Below, piece by piece: positions 37,986-47,518 of a stretch of 64,000 nt of DNA. The DNA comes from Candidatus Aegiribacteria sp. MLS_C. GTDB lineage: Bacteria; Fermentibacterota; Fermentibacteria; Fermentibacterales; JCC-6. Where the stretch lies: the NCBI GenBank assembly GCA_002030045.1, contig LQBI01000024.1, positions 202,848 through 266,847 of the forward strand, read 5' to 3'. Every line of letters starts with the position of its first letter. Within the stretch, counting starts at the first letter, position 1. The notes below the pieces were generated by a model. That model ran no database searches. It was not told the origin of the DNA and saw only the letters and a program-made list of their open reading frames with translations. A program made the translations under genes and the position numbers.

Positions 37986-39188
37986 TCATACTACACCCAG
38001 TTCTTCCCCCGTCTCCCTGAATGCCCCGATGCACCTGTCCACTTGTTCGGTGGTATGGGCCGCCGAGAGCTGCACTCGAATCCTGGACTCACCTCTTGGA
38101 ACCACCGGGTAGAAGAACCCGATGGCGTAGATACCCTTTGCAAGCAGCCTGTCCGCAAACTCCTGCGCGAGGGCGGCGTCGTCCCGAAGGTGTCCGAAGA
38201 GAACGGGCACGATAGGGTGGTCTCCTTCCCGTATGCGGAACCCCGCCTCTTTCATGCCTCTCCTGAACCTTCTCTGGTTCTCTCGGAGCCTGTCCCTCTC
38301 GCTGCTGGAGCCCTCTATGATGTCCAGAACCGCCAGGGTCGTCCCGGTGATCACTGGAGCCAGGGTGTTCGAGAAGAGGTAGGGCCTTGACCTCTGTCGA
38401 AGCATCTCTATGATTTCCGACGGCCCGGATGTGAATCCTCCCGACGCTCCTCCGAGTGCCTTGCCGAAGGTCGACGTGACTATGTCGACCCTGTCGGTGA
38501 CCCCATGGTACTCCAGGGTCCCTCTCCCGGTATCCCCGATGAAGCCCGTGGCATGGGAATCGTCCACTATCACGAGCGCGCCGTACTTCTCTGCGAGGTC
38601 GCATATGGCGGGAAGCGGCGCTATGTCACCGTCCATGGAGAAGACCCCGTCGGTCACCACAGCCTTCGTCCTGCAACCCCTGGCGGTAATTAGTGCCTCC
38701 TCCAGGTCCTCCATGTCCGCGTGAGCGTACCTGAACCTCTTGGCTTTGCAGAGCCTTATTCCGTCGATGATCGAGGCGTGGTTGAGCTGGTCAGAGATGA
38801 TGGCGTCATTATCTGTTAGCAGTGGCTCGAAGAGACCCCCGTTGGCGTCGAAACAGCTGGAATAGAGGATGGTGTCTTCCTTGGACAGAAATCCCGATAC
38901 CCTTCCTTCAAGCTCCCTGTGCAGGTCCTGCGTCCCGCAGATGAACCTCACCGAGGAAAGCCCGAATCCCCGTTCCTGGAGGATACTGCAGGCTCTGTCC
39001 ACTAGACGCTGGTCCCCCGAGAGTCCCAGGTAATTGTTGGCGCAGAAGTTCAGGACCTCCCCGGTGGTCATCACCCCCACCCTTGTGCCCTGCCTTGTGG
39101 TGATGATCCTTTCCTTCTTGAACGTGCCGGATTCCCTGGCCCTCTCCAGGTTCTCCAGAAGAAGCGATCTCAGTTCGTCCGTATACAT
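37986..39188 (-). CDS. kbl: Glycine C-acetyltransferase / 2-amino-3-ketobutyrate CoA ligase (alpha-oxoamine synthase family).
   Basis: LNFCANNYLGL, SVRFICGTQDLH, YSSCFDANGG and DDSHATGF are near-identical to E. coli Kbl motifs (recalled from memory). The PLP lysine region is present. Confidence 0.8.
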   Translation of the reverse strand: MYTDELRSLLLENLERARESGTFKKERIITTRQGTRVGVMTTGEVLNFCANNYLGLSGDQRLVDRACSILQERGFGLSSVRFICGTQDLHRELEGRVSGFLSKEDTILYSSCFDANGGLFEPLLTDNDAIISDQLNHASIIDGIRLCKAKRFRYAHADMEDLEEALITARGCRTKAVVTDGVFSMDGDIAPLPAICDLAEKYGALVIVDDSHATGFIGDTGRGTLEYHGVTDRVDIVTSTFGKALGGASGGFTSGPSEIIEMLRQRSRPYLFSNTLAPVITGTTLAVLDIIEGSSSERDRLRENQRRFRRGMKEAGFRIREGDHPIVPVLFGHLRDDAALAQEFADRLLAKGIYAIGFFYPVVPRGESRIRVQLSAAHTTEQVDRCIGAFRETGEELGVV

Positions 39189-39272
39189 GCTGCCGCCCTT
39201 CACAGGCTGGTTCCAATGGTCAGACGGGATGCAAACATACTACCTGAAAAGGTAGTTGGCATGGAAAGGGGA

Positions 39273-39839
39273 TCACCGGCTAACGGTGAGCATCAGACGG
39301 TCCGACGAGGTGAAGACCGCTCCTTCCATGCGAAGCAGGGCCAGCTTCATCCGCGTGCCTCCCTGGTAGCCTCCCGGACTTCCGTCGGACTTCACGGTCC
39401 TGTGGCATGGGATGATGACGGGGAAAGGATTCGCCGATAGAACCCTGCCTACGGCCCTGTACATGCCTGAATGGCCGGATTCCTCCGCCAGTCTGGAATA
39501 GCTCCACACTTCTCCCCTCGGAATGCGGCTCTCGGTGAGGAGCACGCTCCTCTGGAAGTCGCTGCATACCGAGAGATCGGCAATTGAAAGGTTGAATTCC
39601 GCGGCCCCTCCTTCCAGGGTGTGGCAAATCCTTCCCGCCAGCCCAGTCGTCACTGGATCGGAACCGGGCACCGGACAGCCGCGACAGGCAGCTGCCGCCA
39701 CACCGGCGGATAGCCCCGGGGAACTGAGGAAGACCCTCCTCACCTTCGTCGATCCGCTCTCTTCGGACCAGACCAGTGCAACCTCGCCGAAGGCCGTCCC
39801 GAAAGCATGCACGAAGGGACCTGAACGGGACCTACTCAT
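39273..39839 (-). CDS. ogt: Methylated-DNA--protein-cysteine methyltransferase.
   Basis: IIPCHRTV active-site motif (PCHR). Confidence 0.8.
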   Translation of the reverse strand: MSRSRSGPFVHAFGTAFGEVALVWSEESGSTKVRRVFLSSPGLSAGVAAAACRGCPVPGSDPVTTGLAGRICHTLEGGAAEFNLSIADLSVCSDFQRSVLLTESRIPRGEVWSYSRLAEESGHSGMYRAVGRVLSANPFPVIIPCHRTVKSDGSPGGYQGGTRMKLALLRMEGAVFTSSDRLMLTVSR

Positions 39840-41112
39840 TCTCCGGGTCTGTGACGCCGGAGCGCGTATGGCTGCCGATCAGGTCAAGTATGCGGTTGGA
39901 ACCGTGAAAGAGCATATCCGGCGTTAGTGGCACCTCGAAGTCCGGGGTCATGGTCCTTCCCGGACTGTCAACCGTCTCGAAGTACTTGGTGGGATATGAT
40001 ACGGTCAGACCCGAGTAGGGCAGTACAGCAGTCCTGACCTCACCAAGGTGATTGGGGGAACCTCCGGTCCTCTCGCCGTACACCGTCACGCCGGGTATGG
40101 CGGCTATCTCCTGGGCATTCAGTATTCCGGAGGAATATGTCCATCTTCCCACGATGAGGCTTGTTCTCGGTCCTCCGGATACCGGGAGTCCTCTCAGCCA
40201 CTGTATTAGGGGCGTCGCCACGAGGGAGTTGCCCCCGCCGTTCCTTCGGAGGTCCACCACCAGGTCGGCGACACGGTTGACCCGAAGCGTTGAATCCAGC
40301 TGTTCCACGAATCGTTCCATGGGATACCCCTGCATAAGACCGCATGAATTATAGGCGCAGTAGAGCATTCTGCGATCAGGAAGGTAACGGAACCAGTAGC
40401 AGTCGTCCGAGGATAGCCAAATGGGAAGCTCCACTCCCGGAGCAGTGTTGAAGTAGAGCATGTTCGAATAGGTAAAATCCATAGGTGCAAGGGAAAGCTT
40501 GGTGGTGTCCCCTGAGTCTCTTATGAAAACAAAATCCGTGGTTCCCTCCGGGTTCCCGTATCCCAGTGCCGACATACAGGTGGATAGCATCATGAACCGC
40601 TCCGCGCTGGTCCTCGTCGCAGTCTCGTTCGTTGAGGAAAACAGTCCGGCCATGGCGGCTGCAGCCTCCTCCGCCTGCCGGCCGTCGTAGCCCGTGAGCC
40701 TCGAACCGATCAGTTCCGCAAAGGAAGTGTCCGCTGCGGTAACGAAGATGCCCTCTTCCAGCCATATTACCGACAGGGGAAATGCCCGTATCTCGCACTG
40801 GTCCCAGAAAGCTATGCCCGTATGACTGCACTCCATGGACGCAAGCACACCGGTCAGCCCGAGGGCCGCCTCCATGTCCCCGATGCTGTCGATACGGGCT
40901 TCGAGCCGTTCGAGCCTGACCAACAGGCTCTCCCGTGGCTGGTACATGAAAAGGTCGTAGTGAAGAAGGGGAAGTGAATCCCTGATCCAAGCCATGTCCG
41001 TACGCCAGCCCTCGGCAGCGTCCGCCGGCTGCTGACGATCCCCGCAGGAAGGCAGCGCCGCCGCACCAACGGAAAGCATCGCAAGCATCATGGTCATTTT
41101 ATACTTGCTCAA
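39832..41112 (-). CDS. S41 family peptidase lipoprotein.
   Basis: Lipobox ALPSCG. VVDLRRNGGGNS is the S41 catalytic-region signature. Confidence 0.6.
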   Translation of the reverse strand: MSKYKMTMMLAMLSVGAAALPSCGDRQQPADAAEGWRTDMAWIRDSLPLLHYDLFMYQPRESLLVRLERLEARIDSIGDMEAALGLTGVLASMECSHTGIAFWDQCEIRAFPLSVIWLEEGIFVTAADTSFAELIGSRLTGYDGRQAEEAAAAMAGLFSSTNETATRTSAERFMMLSTCMSALGYGNPEGTTDFVFIRDSGDTTKLSLAPMDFTYSNMLYFNTAPGVELPIWLSSDDCYWFRYLPDRRMLYCAYNSCGLMQGYPMERFVEQLDSTLRVNRVADLVVDLRRNGGGNSLVATPLIQWLRGLPVSGGPRTSLIVGRWTYSSGILNAQEIAAIPGVTVYGERTGGSPNHLGEVRTAVLPYSGLTVSYPTKYFETVDSPGRTMTPDFEVPLTPDMLFHGSNRILDLIGSHTRSGVTDPENE

Positions 41113-41136
41113 GAATTAAAATGCCTCCGTCCCCGA

Positions 41137-42534
41137 TTATTTCCAGTCGTTGGATAAAACGGCTTTTATGTCGTCCCAGAGCTGGCCCATTCTGATGTCC
41201 CTCCAGAACCGCTTCCAGATGTAGGAGGGTCTGAAGTAGAACTTCCTGTGGAAAAGGGAATAGTACCTCTGTATCGTATCCCAGTCCAGGTTCTCGTGCT
41301 TCCAGACCTCCGAGGTGGAATGGAAATTGTACTTCCTCCAGTCCTCGGAGAGGATCCTTCCATCCATCTTCACCTGTCTGTAGAGGGCCGAAGAGGGGAA
41401 CGGCAGGGTCATGGAAGCCTTGGCGTAGGTCAGGGGAAGGCTCCGGGCGAAGGATATGCTCCTGTTCATGGTCTCCACCGTATCTCCCGGAAGTCCCATC
41501 ATGAAGAAACCCACGGTCTCGAGTCCCGAGGCGTGCGCCATCTCTACAGCCTGTCGAATGCGCTCCGGCGACTGCCTCTTGTTCACCCCGGCAAGTATCT
41601 CCGGCACACCGCTCTCTATTCCGAAGGAGATCTGGTAGCAGCCCGCCTCCCTAGCGAGCTTGAAGAACTCCAGGTCCACGTCCGCCACGTTGACTCCCGT
41701 GGGAAGGGCCCAGGGCGCGGGGAACTCCTCCTCGATAAGGAGCCTGCAGGTCTCCTTGGCCCTTTCGATATCGGCGGTGAAATTGTCGTCCTTGATGTGG
41801 ATGTCATTGAAGCCCAGTTCCAGCATGCGGAACATCTCGTCCACCACCCTGCGCGAGGTCTTGGACCTCACGTTATGCCCGAAGATCCTCTGACTGCAGA
41901 ATGTGCAGAAATGATTGCACCCCCTGTTGGTCTCCATGTACCCTACCGGATTCTTCCTGCTGGCTATGTGGGGCGATCTGTAGCGGCTCAGGTCGTGCAG
42001 CTGCCAGGCCGGCAGCGGAAGCGAATCGAGGTCCTCTATGAGTTCCCTGGGAGGAGTCTCGGTGTAGTCGCTCCCCCTTCCGAAGGCGATGCCCATTATG
42101 CTTCCGGGATCCTTCCCGGCGGCTATCTCCCCCAGTGTCCTCTCCCCCTCCCCCATGACGACCAGGTCGAAACCGCCCTCTTCCAGGGATTCCCTGGGAA
42201 GGCTGGTGGCATGAATGCCACCCGCCACCGTAATACAATCCGGAAGTTCCGAGTGGGCGATCCCCGCCAGTTCCGCCGCCTCGTGGAAAAGTGGAGTGGT
42301 GAAGGTGATCCCCACGATGTCGGGACGGAACTCACGAAGCAGCGCGCGGTAGGCGCCGAAGGGATCCATCTCCACCATCAGGTCCGCTATCCTGGCCTCG
42401 TGCCCGTCCCTCAGCAGCTCGCCGGCCAGAGTGGCAAGGGTGATGAAGGGAGCGCTCGTGATAGCCACCCTTATCTTGCTGCTGTAGTAGACCTCGACGG
42501 CCGACGGAGGGTTGACGAGAAGTACGCGGCTCAA
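41137..42534 (-). CDS. B12-binding domain radical SAM protein.
   Basis: N-terminal B12-binding Rossmann region. CNHFCTFCS is a CxxxCxxC radical SAM motif. Confidence 0.75.
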   Translation of the reverse strand: MSRVLLVNPPSAVEVYYSSKIRVAITSAPFITLATLAGELLRDGHEARIADLMVEMDPFGAYRALLREFRPDIVGITFTTPLFHEAAELAGIAHSELPDCITVAGGIHATSLPRESLEEGGFDLVVMGEGERTLGEIAAGKDPGSIMGIAFGRGSDYTETPPRELIEDLDSLPLPAWQLHDLSRYRSPHIASRKNPVGYMETNRGCNHFCTFCSQRIFGHNVRSKTSRRVVDEMFRMLELGFNDIHIKDDNFTADIERAKETCRLLIEEEFPAPWALPTGVNVADVDLEFFKLAREAGCYQISFGIESGVPEILAGVNKRQSPERIRQAVEMAHASGLETVGFFMMGLPGDTVETMNRSISFARSLPLTYAKASMTLPFPSSALYRQVKMDGRILSEDWRKYNFHSTSEVWKHENLDWDTIQRYYSLFHRKFYFRPSYIWKRFWRDIRMGQLWDDIKAVLSNDWK

Positions 42535-42559
42535 CTGGCCTCCATGACGATGATGCGCA

Positions 42560-43936
42560 TCAGACCCTCCTGGCCTTGATCAGTGTTCTCCTGATGTTCC
42601 TGGGTCCCAGTGCGGTCCTGAGGGTCCGGAAAACCCTCGACGGGTGAAGGTAGAACCTCCAGAAAGCCCGCTTTTTCAGCCTCTCTATCTCCGAGGGCCG
42701 GAAGCCCTCCAGCTGGTAGACCGACCTCTGGAAGCAGTCGAACTCGGTGTAGTCCTCCCTGACAAGATGCTTCGTCCTCTCCCACAGCTCGGTGTGAGGA
42801 AAAGGGGTCGTTATGTCGAATACGGCATCGTCGAAGGGTTCCCTGGTGGCGAACCTGATAGTCTCCTCCATCTCCTCCCTGGTCTCTCCCGGAGCCCCGA
42901 GCATGAAGTAGCCCTGCACCCTGATACCCCTTTCCCTGGCCATTGCCAGGGCTCGCCTGACCCCCTCGACCGTTATTCCCTTGTCGTAAATGTCGTCCAG
43001 AACTCTCTGTGAGGCGGATTCCACTCCCATGTTGATCTTTGCCAGTCCGGCCTCCACCATGTGGTCCAGCAGGTCCTCCTTCAGCAGGTCGGCTCTCACG
43101 TTGCAGCACCACCTGAGTCCCAGGCCGCTTCCCGTGAGTCCGTCACATACCGTGTGCACCCATTCGGCGTCCACTATGAAGGTGGAGTCCTCGAACATGA
43201 ACGCATCTATTGAATAATCCGCCACCAGGGCTTCGAGTTCGGAGATGATGGAGGAAGCCGTCCTCTTCCGCATCCTCTTGCCGAAGATCTCGCTCAGGGT
43301 GGGCTGGCAGAAGGTGCAGGTGAACGGACACCCCCTGGTGGCCATGACCGACGTGCCCCTGAGATCGGGGTCAACCCTGTCCATGGAGTACCAGGTGGAG
43401 AAGTACTTCTCCATGTCGAATACCGAACGGTCCGGGAGGGGAAGCGTGTCAAGGTCCTCGGTAAGCAGGAGACCCGGAGCCCTGTGCAGCTTCCCGTCGC
43501 GAATCATGCTGAATCCGGGTATCCTCGAGGGATCCTCCCCGTCAAGGAGCCTGGCCCATGCCATCTCGGCCTCCCCGGAATAGACCAGGTCGGCCCCGGT
43601 CCTGGCCAGCGTGTCCTCCGGCAGGACAGTGGCGTGGGGTCCTCCGGCGATCAGCAGGACTTCAGGGAGCACATCCCTGCATATCGAAGCCGCCGCGGAC
43701 GCATCCGCCAGCTGAGGGGTCATGAGGGAAATGCCCACGGTATCCGGTCTGTAGTTCGCGAGCTCCCGTCTCATCTCCCTGAAGGGATCCTTCATGAAGG
43801 ACATGTCGAATACCCTGACATCCCTGCCCCTCTGACGGGACACCGCCGCCAGCATGCCCAGCCCTATGGGCGGCTGTCCGGACGGGTACCGTGTCTCCGG
43901 GAAAACAAAGAGGATTCTCTCCATTGCTCTGCTCAT
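42560..43936 (-). CDS. B12-binding domain radical SAM protein (second, tandem).
   Basis: CPFTCTFCQ motif. AAGGAGAG RBS before the Met of MSRAMERILF. The upstream part of ORF 42560..44236 is an over-extension. Confidence 0.7.
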   Translation of the reverse strand: MSRAMERILFVFPETRYPSGQPPIGLGMLAAVSRQRGRDVRVFDMSFMKDPFREMRRELANYRPDTVGISLMTPQLADASAAASICRDVLPEVLLIAGGPHATVLPEDTLARTGADLVYSGEAEMAWARLLDGEDPSRIPGFSMIRDGKLHRAPGLLLTEDLDTLPLPDRSVFDMEKYFSTWYSMDRVDPDLRGTSVMATRGCPFTCTFCQPTLSEIFGKRMRKRTASSIISELEALVADYSIDAFMFEDSTFIVDAEWVHTVCDGLTGSGLGLRWCCNVRADLLKEDLLDHMVEAGLAKINMGVESASQRVLDDIYDKGITVEGVRRALAMARERGIRVQGYFMLGAPGETREEMEETIRFATREPFDDAVFDITTPFPHTELWERTKHLVREDYTEFDCFQRSVYQLEGFRPSEIERLKKRAFWRFYLHPSRVFRTLRTALGPRNIRRTLIKARRV

Positions 43937-44281
43937 CAGGGTGACTCTCCTTAGATGGCTCGAGGATCCCGCAGCCAGCGATGGTGGATGATAGGAGAAG
44001 CCGGTACCGCAAGTCAAGCTGGAACCGGGAATTCCCGGCAGCAGGGGGGCCTGGGTCCTGAACAGCGTCCAGCCGGCGAACTGCGGGAAGAACTGCCGAC
44101 CGCTGCCCCATGGCCTGGCTGATGTCTCCGATATCTTCCTTCTGCATCGAGCCGTCCCGTATCGGGCAGCTTCCATGCTTCCGTGCCGACGGTCCTTTCC
44201 CGTGCGCCGTACTGAGGATGGACCGGCACTGTTCATTCATTCGATTCACGCCCTGAATGGAGGGCGAAGGGTCTCAGCAGG

Positions 44282-44806
44282 TCATTCCTCGGGTCTACCG
44301 ACGTCCCTGAGTTCGTGGATCGACCTTTTCAGCTCTCTCATGAGCCTCCGTATCTCGTACCTCTGCCGCAGGTCGCTGTCGTCGGCAAGGAGGCTCAGGG
44401 TAGAATCGGCATGCTTGAGCCTGTCCGAGAGCATCCCTGCCAGAGTGCAGCCCACGTGTATAGCCAGATCCGGATCACTCCTGTGAAGCTCCCTGAAGGA
44501 CTCCCTGCTCATCACGTACAGCTCTCCCGGAGCCACGCAGGTGACCGTGGCCGACCTTATGCCGCTCTTGAAGAAAGCCATCTCACCGAAGACGTCGCCT
44601 GATCCCAGGGCCGCCAGGACGAATTCCTCCCCCTTCGAGTCGCTGACCACGAAACGGCCGCTCCTGATCACGTAGAGGTCGTTGCTGAACGAACCCTGGT
44701 CGATTATCACCTCCTGCTCTTCCGTCGTACGGAATTCACAGGCATCTACGAAGTTCTTCTCCTTCAGGAAGTCCACCGGCTTGAACAGATTGTCTTCGCG
44801 GTCCAT
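44282..44806 (-). CDS. Cyclic-nucleotide-binding domain protein.
   Basis: cNMP-binding signature GSGDVFGEMAFF...RSATV. Confidence 0.7.
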   Translation of the reverse strand: MDREDNLFKPVDFLKEKNFVDACEFRTTEEQEVIIDQGSFSNDLYVIRSGRFVVSDSKGEEFVLAALGSGDVFGEMAFFKSGIRSATVTCVAPGELYVMSRESFRELHRSDPDLAIHVGCTLAGMLSDRLKHADSTLSLLADDSDLRQRYEIRRLMRELKRSIHELRDVGRPEE

Positions 44807-44822
44807 GCAGCAGTCCTTTCAG

Positions 44823-45353
44823 CTATTCTATCCTGTCCATCCTGGCGAAAACGGGTGGAGCCTTCACCGAATGGTCACGGGCATCTATTCTTCGGGACAG
44901 TATCCCAACCATCTCCTCCACGGCGCGGGAGACTTCCGGTGAGAGACCTTCCCCGAGAATTTCAGGCATTTCTATGGTCACTCCCCAGATGCTCCACTCC
45001 AGGTCATTCAGGCCCCGGAGTTCCGAGAGGTGTCCTACTACCGTGGGCAGGTCCATGTGATGAAGCGAGGCCGGGTACGCCCTGAGGGCGCTGTTCCTGC
45101 CCAGTTCGACCAGCATCCCCGAGGGTCTGCCGGCCACGGCGTCCAGGAAGATGAACCTGCCGCTCAGGGGGAGGAGTTCCCAGAGTTCCAGGGGATCGGT
45201 CTCCAGGCTGTGGATGAACACATCTCCCCTGTCACCGTGCATCTCCCTCAACCGTGCCGCAGCAACGTTCCCCGCGCCGTCGTCACCGGCAAGTGTATTG
45301 CCTACTCCAACGATGCAGAGGTCGTACCTCCCCTCCCGGGCACGCGGACCCAT
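44823..45353 (-). CDS. [NiFe] hydrogenase maturation endopeptidase (HycI/HyaD/FrhD family).
   Basis: CIVGVGNTLAGDDGAGNVAAARL motif. TAATG overlap with the upstream gene. Confidence 0.75.
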   Translation of the reverse strand: MGPRAREGRYDLCIVGVGNTLAGDDGAGNVAAARLREMHGDRGDVFIHSLETDPLELWELLPLSGRFIFLDAVAGRPSGMLVELGRNSALRAYPASLHHMDLPTVVGHLSELRGLNDLEWSIWGVTIEMPEILGEGLSPEVSRAVEEMVGILSRRIDARDHSVKAPPVFARMDRIE

Positions 45354-46075
45354 TATTTCGTGTACACCTCGACCTTGTAGGTACACTGGCTGTCGCCCGG
45401 AATCGACTCCTTGAGCTTCAGACGAGCGCTGCCCATCTTTCCCAGGTATCCGGCCAGGTAGTTGTAGAAGAGTACGCACAGGTCTCCGCCCAGCTCTATG
45501 CCCTCCTCCTTGCAGAGTTCCCTTATGAAACACGTCCCGACCTTGATGTCCAGTCCCGATGAACCGTCATAGTCCGGTTTCAGGTCCCATGCGGGAGCGA
45601 ACTGCTTCACCGCCATGTCCAGGGCTTCCTGGAAATCCTCGGGGACCCTGTACCTCGGAAGCTGCGTCGCCAGTGTCATTCCGGCCATGGTGCCCACAGC
45701 CGGAAGACTGCCACCCAGTGTCTGCCTGAAGACGGACGCCACGGAAAGGAGCCTAATTCCCAGGTCCTCCAGTGCGGCTTTCCTGTGCTCGTCGTCCGAT
45801 GGAGCGTGAAGCAGCGGGATATCAATCCCCAGCCTGGAGGCCAGGCGTATGTTCTCCTCGTCATGGTAGTGGTCCTCGGAGTGGACGATGTCCTCGTGGG
45901 TTATGGCCGATGCCGGGCAGATCTGGCTGCAGCTCAGACATCCGAAGCACTCCTTCTCCCTCACGACCCTGGGGATACGTTTCTCCTCGTCGAACTCGAA
46001 GACGTCGGTGGGACATTCGTCGACGCAGAGAGAGCATCCGACGCAAGCTTCCTCGTCGATCGCTATCCTGATCAT
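45353..46075 (-). CDS. 2x[4Fe-4S] ferredoxin domain fused to a V4R-like domain; putative hydrogenase electron-transfer subunit.
   Basis: CVGCSLCVDECP and CFGCLSCSQICP. C-terminal GGDLCVLFYNYLAGYLG is V4R-like. ATGA overlap with the large-subunit stop. Confidence 0.55.
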   Translation of the reverse strand: MIRIAIDEEACVGCSLCVDECPTDVFEFDEEKRIPRVVREKECFGCLSCSQICPASAITHEDIVHSEDHYHDEENIRLASRLGIDIPLLHAPSDDEHRKAALEDLGIRLLSVASVFRQTLGGSLPAVGTMAGMTLATQLPRYRVPEDFQEALDMAVKQFAPAWDLKPDYDGSSGLDIKVGTCFIRELCKEEGIELGGDLCVLFYNYLAGYLGKMGSARLKLKESIPGDSQCTYKVEVYTK

Positions 46076-47487
46076 CCCTCTGCCCCCCTTCTCACGGTAC
46101 TGAAGACCTTCCCGTCCTTTCTGAACTCCAGCTCCATCGGCATGCAGCCGGCGGCGTGGGTGGCGCAGGCAAGACAGGGATCGAAACACCTGAGGGCGAA
46201 CTCCGCACTGTTCATGATGAGGTTCTCGTCCCCGGTCGGTTTGTAGTGCTTCGCAAGCGCCGTGATGGCATGATCGATTGCGTCGTAGTTGTTCTGAGTG
46301 GCGACGATGAGGTTGGCAGACAGTATCTTTCCATTGTCGTCAGCCTCGTAGTCGTGTATCAGGACTCCCCTGGGCGCTTCGATCATTCCGGTGAAACGGC
46401 CTCCTCCGGGCCCGGCTTCCACCCTTATGGGGCCGTCGCCGAGTTCGCTTCCGCAGATATCGGCGATTCTCTCTGCACAGTACATCATCTCTATCAGCCT
46501 CGCCCTGAGGTAGTCTATCGCCGAGAGCCTCGGGCTTCCGCCGGCCTTGAACTCCTCCAGGAGCCTGTCCGCTTCGGGCGTCGAGAAGTGTTCGTTGACG
46601 TTGAGCCTGGCCAGCGGACCAACGAAGTACTTCTTCTCCTCGCTCCCCGCCTTCAGCCTGACGGAGCGCATGTAGGAGCCCTGCATGGGGTGCTCGACCA
46701 GGTTGTCCGCGTACTCCACTGCGGTGAAGGTCCTCTCCTCTTTCCCGGAGGGATCCACCACCCTGCAGACGTTCTCCATGAAGGTCACCCTGCCTCCGTC
46801 GGTGAGGGCCATGGAATGGAAGGGTACCTCGGCGACCTCGTTTATTTCAGCGATGTTCTCCAGTTTCTTCAGCAGGACGTCGGACAGCTCCTTGATCAGA
46901 CCGGCAGCCTCTACGCCCCACTGGCCCATCTTCACAACCTCTTCCGACTCCGGTCTGGAAGCCTGTCCCCCAGGGACCGAGGTGACCGGGTGCACACCCC
47001 TGCCGCCAACTATCTCAACGGTCTTCTGGCCGATGCTCCTGAGGCGCAGGATCTTCTTGACTATCTCCGGTGCCATTTTCAGAAGGGCAAGAACGTTGCG
47101 GTCCTGGGGTTTCGCCCCGATGCCCACCAGCACGTCGGGTCCAGTCAGAACGAAGGTGCTCAGCGAGTGGGAATGGAGTATGTGACCCATGTACATAAGC
47201 TCCCGCAGAAGTTTTGCATCGGCGGGGACCTTCACTCCCAGACCGTTCTCGATGGAGGTCACCGAGACAAGGTGGTGGGCGGCGGGACAGACTCCGCAGA
47301 TTCGGCCGGTTATCAGGGGGAGTTTGAACAGTTCCATACCCTCCAGGAGCTTCTCGAACCCGCGGATCTCAAGCACCTGCAGGTGGCCGCTCGTGATACC
47401 GCCGGAATCGTTCACGTCCAGCACTATCTTCGCGTGACCCTCTATCCTGGTCACCGGATCCACGTAGATCTTCTCTTTCATCATCAA
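46072..47487 (-). CDS. [NiFe] hydrogenase large subunit (cytoplasmic, group-3-like).
   Basis: N-terminal RIEGH and RICGVCPAAH. C-terminal DPCLACATH followed by a cleavable tail. Confidence 0.9.
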   Translation of the reverse strand: MMMKEKIYVDPVTRIEGHAKIVLDVNDSGGITSGHLQVLEIRGFEKLLEGMELFKLPLITGRICGVCPAAHHLVSVTSIENGLGVKVPADAKLLRELMYMGHILHSHSLSTFVLTGPDVLVGIGAKPQDRNVLALLKMAPEIVKKILRLRSIGQKTVEIVGGRGVHPVTSVPGGQASRPESEEVVKMGQWGVEAAGLIKELSDVLLKKLENIAEINEVAEVPFHSMALTDGGRVTFMENVCRVVDPSGKEERTFTAVEYADNLVEHPMQGSYMRSVRLKAGSEEKKYFVGPLARLNVNEHFSTPEADRLLEEFKAGGSPRLSAIDYLRARLIEMMYCAERIADICGSELGDGPIRVEAGPGGGRFTGMIEAPRGVLIHDYEADDNGKILSANLIVATQNNYDAIDHAITALAKHYKPTGDENLIMNSAEFALRCFDPCLACATHAAGCMPMELEFRKDGKVFSTVRRGAEG

Positions 47488-47518
47488 CCTCTTAATCCAA
47501 ACCCCGTTGTCAGACGGT

